A stretch of 64,000 nucleotides of DNA from the NCBI GenBank assembly GCA_050331735.1, contig JBHJGN010000039.1, positions 39,624 through 103,623 of the forward strand, in the 5' to 3' direction. The notes below the pieces were generated by a model that did no database searches, was not told the DNA's origin, and saw only the letters and a list, made by a program, of their open reading frames with translations. This DNA is from Cyanophyceae cyanobacterium (GTDB lineage: Bacteria; Cyanobacteriota; Cyanobacteriia; Cyanobacteriales; JBHJGN01). The translations under genes and the position numbers were made by a program. Below, one piece after another: positions 29,921 through 37,799 of the stretch. How positions within the stretch are numbered: the first letter of the stretch is position 1; every line of letters starts with the position of its first letter.

Positions 29921-32900
29921 ATGCAGTCGAGACGCTTTCTTTCCTCGCTCGCTCTAGACCAGATCATTGATCCTAATCCCCTGATTGTGACTCCTGATAC
30001 AGCGGTGCTAGCGGTCCTTGACCAGATGAGTCAGGTACGCGGAAGCGCCTGTCAGCTTACTTCTGAGCGTATTCAACCAGAGCGTACCTCCCCAACCCAG
30101 GCTAGCTGTGCTCTGGTGATGGAGCAAGGGCAGCTCGTCGGATTATTTACGGAGCGGGATTTAGTCAGGCTAGCGGCTACGTCCAGTCCCCTCGATACGG
30201 CTACAATGGCCGAGGTGATGACTCGTTCTGTCATTACTTTATCGGCGGCAGCAGCCCAAAATGTGGCGGCGCTGCTGGCGGCTTTTCGCGCCCATCGGAT
30301 TCGCCACTTACCGATTGTGGAGCGAGGACAGGTGCTTGGTATCGTTACCCCGGCCAGTATTCGGGCGGCCCTTCAGCCGCTCAACTTTCTCAGACTGAAG
30401 CAGGTCGGCGATGTCATGGTGACCGATGTGGTGCAGGCTGCCGGGACAGCATCGGTTTTACACCTGGCTCAGTTGATGAGTGAAGAGCGCGTGAGCTGTG
30501 TGGTGATTACGGAAGAACGGTTCGACGCTAGCTCAGTTAATGAGGGGGAGAGAAGCCGTTGGCGTCGAACGGGGACAGGGGAAAGGGAAATCTGTCCCTC
30601 CGGGACGGGGACAGGGGAAAGGGGAACAGGGAGAGAAAGTCAACAGCGCTCGCTCCCTGTGGGCATTATTACGGAGCGGGATATCGTTCAGTTTCAAACT
30701 TTGGGACTGAATTTAGCTCAGGTCCGGGCGCAGGCGGTGATGAGTACGCCTCTGTTTCCGGTGCAGCCCCGAGATTCCCTGTGGAGCGCTCATCAACAAA
30801 TGCTGTCGCGCCACGTGCGGCGTTTGGTGGTGACGGACGAAGGGAAATTGGTCGGTTTGATTACCCAATCTAGCCTGCTCCAGGTTCTTGACCCGGTGGA
30901 GCTGTTGGGGGATCTCGATCAGCTCCAGCAGGTGTTAGACAACCGCAACCGCGAACTTCAGGATACGAATCAGCAGTTGCGCCAGGAAATGGCCCAGCGG
31001 AAAAGTTTAGAGGCGGACTTGAGAGAGACGAACGCTGCTCTAGAGGAGCAAGTTGGGGTCACTGCCGCTCAGCTTGTTAAAACCAATGCGTCTTTAAGAG
31101 ATTCAGAAGCTCGCTACCGCCAGCTATTTGAGAGTAATCCCCATCCCATGTGGGTCTATGACCGAGACACCCTCGCGTTTCTGACCGTGAATGCGGCGGC
31201 GATCGCTCACTACGGCTACTCCCGCGCTGAGTTTTTGCACATGACCCTCCGGGATATTCGTCCTCCCGAGGCGATTCCGGCCCTGGAAGCCAATATTGCC
31301 CGAGTCACGGACGGCATTGATGAAGCGGGCATTTGGCAACATCTCAAAAAAGACGGCACAGCGATCGCGGTCGAAATTACCTCCCATACCCTAACCTGGC
31401 AAGGCAGACGGGCGGAGATGGTGTTAGCCCACGACGTGACGGCCAGAGTTCAGGCAGAAGCGGCCCTCCGGCAGAAAACCCAAGCGCTAGAGCACTACAG
31501 CAGCAGTCTCAAAAAACTGCACCGCATCAGCACCACCACCTACCCAGATTTTGACACTTTATTTGCCGATTACCTCCATACCGGGAGCGAAATTCTGGGC
31601 CTGTCCACCGGAATCATTTCCGCCGTCAGCCAGCAGACCTACACCATTCGCGCCGTTCGTTCCCCCTTAAATTTTTTGGTCCCCGGAATGGAAATAGCCT
31701 TAGCAGACACCTACTGTGCTGCCGCTGTCGCCGAGCACCGCACCTTAACCTATCCCCACGTTAGCCAGTTGCCAGCCCTGCGGACGCATCCGGCTCATCA
31801 AAATTGGCGGCTAGAGTCCTACATCGGCACTCCCATCTACGTAAAAGGTCAAATTTACGGCACCCTCTGTTTCGCGGATACGGCAGCGAGACCCCCATTG
31901 GCGTCTTATGAAACAGAAATCCTTGAGTTGATGGCTCAAAGCCTGGGACGACTGATCGCGGCAGCTCATTTAGAAACCCAGCGACAGCAGGCAGAGCAAG
32001 CAACCCAAGCCGCTCTCCAGTCGGCTCAAAATAGCGAAAATCGGCTGCGAACAATTATTGATACCGAACCCGAGTGCGTCAAGCTGGTTGATGCGGAGGG
32101 TCGCTTGCTCGACATCAATCCGGCAGGACTCGCCACGATCGAGGCAGAGAGTTTAGCGCAAGTGGCAGAGCGCTCGGTTTACTCTCTGATTGTGCCCAAA
32201 TATCGGCGGGCCTTTCAAGATCTTAATCAGAAGGTTTGCCAGGGTCACAGAGGAACCCTCGAGTTTGAAATTGTCGGCTATCTTGGCACTCGCCGCTGGC
32301 TCGAAACCCATGCCTCTCCTCTCTGGGACGACGCGAATCAGCGATTTATTCAGCTAGCCGTTACCCGCGATATCACCGAGCGCAAGCGCTCGGAAGCGGC
32401 TTTGCGAGACAGCGAAGCCCGCTACCGCCGTTTATCGAAAAAACTACAGTCGATTACCGCTAACGCTCCTATCTATATCTACGAACTGGATCGTCAGGGA
32501 CAGATTGTGTTTGCCAATCGCACCTACGCAGGCGTGACCCCAGCACAGGTGCTCGGCACCTTGCTGACCGACTGGTTTCCCCAGGAGCAGCGCCCGTCTA
32601 TGGCCTCAGCCGTCGAGCAGGCGTTTCGCTCTCGGCAGGTTCAGGAGCTTGAGTATGCCATTCCCAATCCCCAGGGGGAAATCCGCTCCTATTTAGCGCA
32701 GATCGCGCCAATTACCACCAATGCCCATGTAGAGAGCGCGGTGCTCATCGCTACCGATACGACTGAACGCCGGAGGGCCGAGCAGGAGCTAGAACGCTTC
32801 TTCGCCCTTTCCGTTGACCTGCTCTGCATTGCAGATTTTAACGGCTATTTTCAGCGTCTCAATCCCGCTTTTGAGCAGACCTTGGGATGGACGGACCAGG

Positions 32901-35257
32901 AGCTGCGCTCGCTGCCGTTTTTAGAATTTGTTCATCCAGGCGACTGGGCCGCCACCGTCGCTGCCGTCGAGCAGCTTGCTAGCGGCGAGCAGGTAGTGGC
33001 GTTTGAAAATCGCTATTGCACCGCTGACGGGGACTATCGCTGGCTGCTGTGGTCCGCCGCTCCCTCCCAATCAGAAAAACTCATCTATGCGGTGGCGCGG
33101 GATATCACCGACCGCAAACAGATAGAGCTTGCCCTCCAGCAAGAGCGAGACTTCTCCACTGCCGTATTAGACACCGTGGGGGCTCTCGTGGTCGTGCTCG
33201 ATCGTCAGGGGCAGATCGTGCGCTTTAACCGCACCTGCGAGGCCGTTACTGGTTACTCGTTTGAGGAGGTTCGAGGACACCCGGTGTGGGAAATGTTGCT
33301 TCCAGAAGAACAGCCAAGCGTCCAGGCCGTATTTTCCCGGTTGCTTACGGGACAGTTTCAGAATCAGTACGAGAACATTTGGGTCAGGAAGACGGGAGAG
33401 CGTCGCCGGATTTCCTGGTCCAACACCGCTTTGACCGACGAACACGGGGCGGTAGATTACGTGATTGCCACTGGAATCGATATTACCGAACAACGACAGG
33501 CTCAAGAGAAGCTAGAGCGCTCCTACCGACAGGCTCAGCTCCTAGCCCAGGTGACCCGGGAAATTCGTAACTCTTTGGAGTTGACAGACATTCTCCAGAC
33601 GACGGTGAGCGAAGTTCAAAATTTGCTGGCGTGCGATCGCGTGCTCATCTACCAAATTCTTCCCGACGGAACGGGCAAAACCATTAGCGAAGTAGTTTTA
33701 CCCGAATACCCGGCGATTCTGGGAACTGCCTTTTCAGAAGAAGTGTTCCCTGAAGACTGCCGCGAGGAATATCGTCAGGGCCGCGTCAGAGCGATCGCCG
33801 ATGTGGAGGCTCCCAATATTAATCTCCCTGACTGTTTAGTTGAATTTATGGAGCAGTGGAGCGTTAAAGCAAAGCTGGTGGTTCCCATCTTGCAGCTCAA
33901 AAATCCGCCGGAGCTCCCTCCGGCAGACGATTCGAGCAAGCTCAATTCTGCTCAATCTCCGGAGGCCTCCGCTCAACACGAACTGTGGGGACTGTTGATT
34001 GCCCATCAGTGTAGTCGTTCCCGCCAGTGGGAAACCCTAGAAATTGATCTGCTTCAGCAGCTCGGAGATCAAATTGGCGTAGCGCTCTCCCAAGCTCAGA
34101 TTCTCGATCGCCTGGAGGAACTGGTTGCTCAGCGTACCTCCCAACTGCGGGCAGCCAATCTTGAGCTCCAGGCAGAAGTCAGCGTTCGCGCCAGCGCTGA
34201 ACAGGCCCTGCGTCGCTCCGAAACCCAGCTCCGCCTGATTACCGATGCGCTTCCGGTACTGATTTCCTACGTAGATGCCCAGCAGCGCTATCGCTTCGTG
34301 AATCAAACCTATGAAGAGTGGTTTGGACGATCTCGCTTTCAGATCGAAGGACGACAGGTCTGCGAACTCGTTGGCGAAGAGGCGTACCAGCAGATCCAAA
34401 CCTACATCAACACGGCCCTCTCCGGTCAGCCTGTGCTTTTTGAAACCGAAGTGCCCTTCAAAAAGAGTACTCTCTGGGTAAGCGGAACCTACGTGCCCGA
34501 TTTTGGCGAGGGCGGCGAGGTCAAGGGGTTTTTTGCTTTGATTAGCGACATTAGCAACCTTAAAGCGATGCAGCAGATGAAAAGCGAATTTATCTCCGTT
34601 GTCAGCCACGAACTGCGTACGCCGCTGACATCTATTCACGGCTCCTTAAAGCTGCTGTCTACAGGGCGGCTGGGCAGTCTGACCGCACCGGGTCAAGAAA
34701 TGCTCGCGATCGCTCTTAAAAATACCGAACGTCTGACGCGCCTAGTCAGCGATATTCTCGACCTCGAGCGCATTGAATCTGGCAAGGTCAATCTCAGTCC
34801 CCTCGTGTGTGACGCAGCGGACCTGCTGAGGCAGGCCGTGGAAGCGATGGTGGGCCTAGCTCGTGCTGAGGATATTACTCTGACCATCGCTCCTGTTTCC
34901 GCCCCAGTATGGGCCGATCCCGATGGCGTTGTTCAGATCCTCACCAATCTGATTAGTAATGCCATTAAGTTTTCGCCTTCTGGCAGTACCGTATGGCTAA
35001 CAGCCACAGAGCAAGAGCAAGAGGTTCTGTTTCAGGTCAAAGACCAGGGACGGGGCATTCCCGCCGACAAGCTAGACAGCATCTTTGAACGGTTTCAGCA
35101 GGTTGATGCCTCCGACTCTCGCTCCAAAGGAGGAACGGGATTGGGGCTAGCTATTTGTCAAGAAATCGTGCGGCGGCATGGCGGACGGATCTGGGCAGAA
35201 AGTATCCTCGGGGAGGGCAGCACGTTCTCGTTTACGCTCCCCGCTGCTCAGCGGTAA
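29921..35257 (+). CDS. Sensor histidine kinase: CBS x4, multiple PAS, GAF, RcaE-type green/red cyanobacteriochrome GAF, PAS, HisKA, HATPase
   Basis: CBS motifs (LVGLFTERD, IRHLPIV); bilin GAF EEVFP...Y...DCLVEF...KAKLVVP...LWGLLIAH; VSHELRTPL; NAIKFS; GTGLGL. Confidence 0.93.
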   Translation: MQSRRFLSSLALDQIIDPNPLIVTPDTAVLAVLDQMSQVRGSACQLTSERIQPERTSPTQASCALVMEQGQLVGLFTERDLVRLAATSSPLDTATMAEVMTRSVITLSAAAAQNVAALLAAFRAHRIRHLPIVERGQVLGIVTPASIRAALQPLNFLRLKQVGDVMVTDVVQAAGTASVLHLAQLMSEERVSCVVITEERFDASSVNEGERSRWRRTGTGEREICPSGTGTGERGTGRESQQRSLPVGIITERDIVQFQTLGLNLAQVRAQAVMSTPLFPVQPRDSLWSAHQQMLSRHVRRLVVTDEGKLVGLITQSSLLQVLDPVELLGDLDQLQQVLDNRNRELQDTNQQLRQEMAQRKSLEADLRETNAALEEQVGVTAAQLVKTNASLRDSEARYRQLFESNPHPMWVYDRDTLAFLTVNAAAIAHYGYSRAEFLHMTLRDIRPPEAIPALEANIARVTDGIDEAGIWQHLKKDGTAIAVEITSHTLTWQGRRAEMVLAHDVTARVQAEAALRQKTQALEHYSSSLKKLHRISTTTYPDFDTLFADYLHTGSEILGLSTGIISAVSQQTYTIRAVRSPLNFLVPGMEIALADTYCAAAVAEHRTLTYPHVSQLPALRTHPAHQNWRLESYIGTPIYVKGQIYGTLCFADTAARPPLASYETEILELMAQSLGRLIAAAHLETQRQQAEQATQAALQSAQNSENRLRTIIDTEPECVKLVDAEGRLLDINPAGLATIEAESLAQVAERSVYSLIVPKYRRAFQDLNQKVCQGHRGTLEFEIVGYLGTRRWLETHASPLWDDANQRFIQLAVTRDITERKRSEAALRDSEARYRRLSKKLQSITANAPIYIYELDRQGQIVFANRTYAGVTPAQVLGTLLTDWFPQEQRPSMASAVEQAFRSRQVQELEYAIPNPQGEIRSYLAQIAPITTNAHVESAVLIATDTTERRRAEQELERFFALSVDLLCIADFNGYFQRLNPAFEQTLGWTDQELRSLPFLEFVHPGDWAATVAAVEQLASGEQVVAFENRYCTADGDYRWLLWSAAPSQSEKLIYAVARDITDRKQIELALQQERDFSTAVLDTVGALVVVLDRQGQIVRFNRTCEAVTGYSFEEVRGHPVWEMLLPEEQPSVQAVFSRLLTGQFQNQYENIWVRKTGERRRISWSNTALTDEHGAVDYVIATGIDITEQRQAQEKLERSYRQAQLLAQVTREIRNSLELTDILQTTVSEVQNLLACDRVLIYQILPDGTGKTISEVVLPEYPAILGTAFSEEVFPEDCREEYRQGRVRAIADVEAPNINLPDCLVEFMEQWSVKAKLVVPILQLKNPPELPPADDSSKLNSAQSPEASAQHELWGLLIAHQCSRSRQWETLEIDLLQQLGDQIGVALSQAQILDRLEELVAQRTSQLRAANLELQAEVSVRASAEQALRRSETQLRLITDALPVLISYVDAQQRYRFVNQTYEEWFGRSRFQIEGRQVCELVGEEAYQQIQTYINTALSGQPVLFETEVPFKKSTLWVSGTYVPDFGEGGEVKGFFALISDISNLKAMQQMKSEFISVVSHELRTPLTSIHGSLKLLSTGRLGSLTAPGQEMLAIALKNTERLTRLVSDILDLERIESGKVNLSPLVCDAADLLRQAVEAMVGLARAEDITLTIAPVSAPVWADPDGVVQILTNLISNAIKFSPSGSTVWLTATEQEQEVLFQVKDQGRGIPADKLDSIFERFQQVDASDSRSKGGTGLGLAICQEIVRRHGGRIWAESILGEGSTFSFTLPAAQR
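30567..30635 (+). repeat. In-frame GGGGAAA/hairpin mini-repeat inside a CBS domain
   Basis: GGGGAAAGGGAAATCTGTCCCTCCGGGACGGGGA is identical to the reverse complement of ~58703-58736. Confidence 0.85.
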
Positions 35258-35292
35258 GGAAATTAATCCCTATGAAAATATCCCATTGGTAT

Positions 35293-35327
35293 ATCCTCAC
35301 AAGTTCCTCAAAATTCATGGCTAAGAT
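35293..35327 (+). promoter_or_regulatory. L-box-like direct repeat + -10 (site C), towards pseudo-RcaF
   Basis: ATCCTCA-CAAG-TTCCTCA, 11 nt, TAAGAT. Confidence 0.78.
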
Positions 35328-35636
35328 AGTAAAAATTTGGTAAAGGATTAACGGGGGAAAGTGAGGAGTTTGGGGTGGGGAAGTCGAGTACTGGGTCAAC
35401 AGTTAGAGTGTTTTTTCTGCCGACCGACATCCGCTAGCAAAGGAAGCGAGTGAGATGCCGAGTTGTTTCGCATCAGCGGGCATCAGACTGCATCAGTAAC
35501 AACGAACCATGAATTGCTCACCCGAGCGGGTACAATTAACGATTAACGCCTCGCTTTTAGCTCTCTCCTCGCAGCATGTCACTCATTAAGCAGATTTAAC
35601 AGGTGCAACAGAGTTAAGCATCAAAGAGAGGAAGGT

Positions 35637-36023
35637 ATGTGTGCAGAAGACGAGCGGCGCATTTTGATTATCAGTAGCTCGACTGATATTCAGCGGATTT
35701 TACGGTTGAGTTTAGAAATGTCGGTCGATTGGTCTATTATTACTGTTGGTTCCGTAAGCGAAGGACTCGCTCTAGCGGCAGCGGCCCCGCCTCACGTGAT
35801 TTTACTAGATGCTAATTTATCAGATATAGATGCCCTCACTGCGCTGCAAACCTTAAGAAACGCTCCCGCTACTCAACCCAGTCGAGTGATTGTGCTTGCC
35901 TCAAGAGTCCGCTTGTCTCAACAGCGTCAGTTCAGCCAAATGGGAGCGGTGGCCGTAATTTCCGACCCGTTTAACTCTGCTAACTTGGCTCAGCAAATTG
36001 CGATCGCTCTCGGCTGGCTGTAA
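35637..36023 (+). CDS. Single-domain receiver, degenerate RcaF-like
   Basis: Colinear with 43858..44253 but ISSS replaces IDDD and SDPF replaces AKPF; phospho-Asp (LLD) kept. Confidence 0.85.
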   Translation: MCAEDERRILIISSSTDIQRILRLSLEMSVDWSIITVGSVSEGLALAAAAPPHVILLDANLSDIDALTALQTLRNAPATQPSRVIVLASRVRLSQQRQFSQMGAVAVISDPFNSANLAQQIAIALGWL

Positions 36024-36220
36024 ATGCGATCGCCCGTTGTCGGCTGTAGCGGTTTTCCTTCTCGCTTTTGCTCGCAAAGAGAGACCAGAACTAGCGCATT
36101 TCTTTCAAAAATAAACTCGCTATAGTCAGCCAGATCGTCGATTCCCAGTAGGGTGAGTAAAATTTCAGAGGCTAGCCAAACGACCCCCCTAGCCAAGGAA
36201 AATTTCCAAGTTTTGTTCAT
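35990..36220 (-). CDS. Small conserved cyanobacterial membrane protein
   Basis: WLASEILLTLLGIDDLADYSEFIFE motif; GAGG before ATG. Confidence 0.7.
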   Translation of the reverse strand: MNKTWKFSLARGVVWLASEILLTLLGIDDLADYSEFIFERNALVLVSLCEQKREGKPLQPTTGDRIYSQPRAIAIC

Positions 36221-36259
36221 TGAGCCTCACTTTTATGTTGCAATTTGTCTTCAATACCC

Positions 36260-36727
36260 CTAATAACTTGTTAGTAAAACGGCCTCCATCAACAGACCAT
36301 CTTCTGGTGCTATTGCCTCGAATAATGCTGCTTGAGCTTCGGGTTTAATGAGCATTGTATTGGTGGGAGTGATACTGAAATCTTTTCCCGGAACAAACCC
36401 CTGTTTGATCAGCGTGTACGATGCCAGAAAAACGAGGTCTTTCAGGAGCTGATGGTAGGACTGCAATTGAGAGAGCGCTTTCAAAGCCCAGCGGCAAATA
36501 TCTGGGTCAGTTTCTGAAAGCTGAATGGCCGCCACCGTCATTACATTGGTAGTGTAAGCAGAACCCATAAGCGCAATCAGGGTTTCCTCACACCGCTTAA
36601 CAATTTCTTGATTCTGTAGTTTTAAAGCCCCAATGATTAGAGTGACGCAGAGATCGAACTTTTCTGGGTTATTTATTGCGTACATCTTGCTACTTAGTAT
36701 TCGGACTATATCCAGAGCAGAAGACAA
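36260..36727 (-). CDS. Hypothetical protein (start uncertain)
   Basis: 155-aa ORF co-oriented with neighbours; L...GF.PGKDFS motif. Confidence 0.6.
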   Translation of the reverse strand: MSSALDIVRILSSKMYAINNPEKFDLCVTLIIGALKLQNQEIVKRCEETLIALMGSAYTTNVMTVAAIQLSETDPDICRWALKALSQLQSYHQLLKDLVFLASYTLIKQGFVPGKDFSITPTNTMLIKPEAQAALFEAIAPEDGLLMEAVLLTSY

Positions 36728-36845
36728 GAGCTAAGGGTTAACAATTAAATGTTTAGCTGTTTACTAAACAAGGTTTCAGGGTGCTACTTCTGTATGGATC
36801 TTTTGAGCTGCTGGGATTTTTACATAAAGCGCGTTCGTTGTTTTT

Positions 36846-37058
36846 CTACTTTAGATTTGGCAGCAAAACCCAGCCTTCACGCCTCAGCTTTTGATACGTC
36901 GCATATCCTTGAGAAGCACCAGGAACTTGATGGTCGGGAACTGCTAATTCTGGAAAAGCGGTATAGGGCTGCCACGATTGCTGGGGATGTGTTCTGAGAT
37001 GTAAAATTTTGGTTTTGTCAGTTTTACTAATTGGGAGCCAACTCATTTGATGATGCAT
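36846..37058 (-). CDS. Conserved cyanobacterial hypothetical protein (~70 aa)
   Basis: ILHLR..P...W.PYT..P..AVPD.....S.G.ATYQKL...GW.L pattern. Confidence 0.75.
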   Translation of the reverse strand: MHHQMSWLPISKTDKTKILHLRTHPQQSWQPYTAFPELAVPDHQVPGASQGYATYQKLRREGWVLLPNLK

Positions 37059-37110
37059 TACTATTGCTGGATAGACGATTTTGGATTGTTAGATTTGCTT
37101 GTTTGGCGAA

Positions 37111-37200
37111 CTAAATAGCTAAAGAATAAGCAAATAAGATCAGGCCAATGCCGGTAATTAAACTACCGAGAATCGGCAAGATTTGTAGGTTGAGAATCAT
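37111..37200 (-). CDS. Putative 29-aa single-TM peptide
   Basis: MILNLQILPILGSLITGIGLILFAYSLAI*; ATGA overlap with the upstream ORF. Confidence 0.45.
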   Translation of the reverse strand: MILNLQILPILGSLITGIGLILFAYSLAI

Positions 37201-37322
37201 GATGCTTTAGAGTTACCAATGGTAATAACGGTTAACAGCAGAAACAACATTAGAATTAGCAGTAGCAGCACTGCTCCCTCGGCGTAAATAAAAACTAAAC
37301 TAGACCAAAGATTAAGTGTCAT
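37197..37322 (-). CDS. Putative 41-aa single-TM peptide
   Basis: MTLNLWSSLVFIYAEGAVLLLLILMLFLLLTVITIGNSKAS*; its TGA overlaps the next ATG. Confidence 0.45.
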   Translation of the reverse strand: MTLNLWSSLVFIYAEGAVLLLLILMLFLLLTVITIGNSKAS

Positions 37323-37799
37323 GAGCTTTTAAACAGAAAATAATCGGAAGTGTGATGCTGCTTGCTGTCACACAACGCGAGCACCGCTGAACTAATTCGC
37401 TTCTATTCTTGAAATTACGGGGAGAAAATGAAGAACTGCTGAAGATTGTCCTGTTGTTTGTTTTCTGTGATTGTCAGCCGTCGTTCGAGAGTCGGCAGTT
37501 TGAGCGTTTTTTCTGCCTTCCTCCTGATTCTGGCTCGGTTTTCCTTTACAGAAGTTCAAAATGATTAAAATCATTTAATAAACAGAGACAATCGTAAAGA
37601 GTATTACTAGAGTAGGAACATCTTGACGAAGTAACGGCAACCTGAAACGGCAAATTCAGGACGAGGGCAGGGACAATTGGTTCAGCCAACCGTTTTTTGA
37701 GGCAGAAACGGGCACTTGAGTTTTAGATGACTCTGATTTACGACGGAGGCATCTGAAACCGTTGGTCAAGCAGCACAGAGCAAGAAGCATGAGGCTGCC

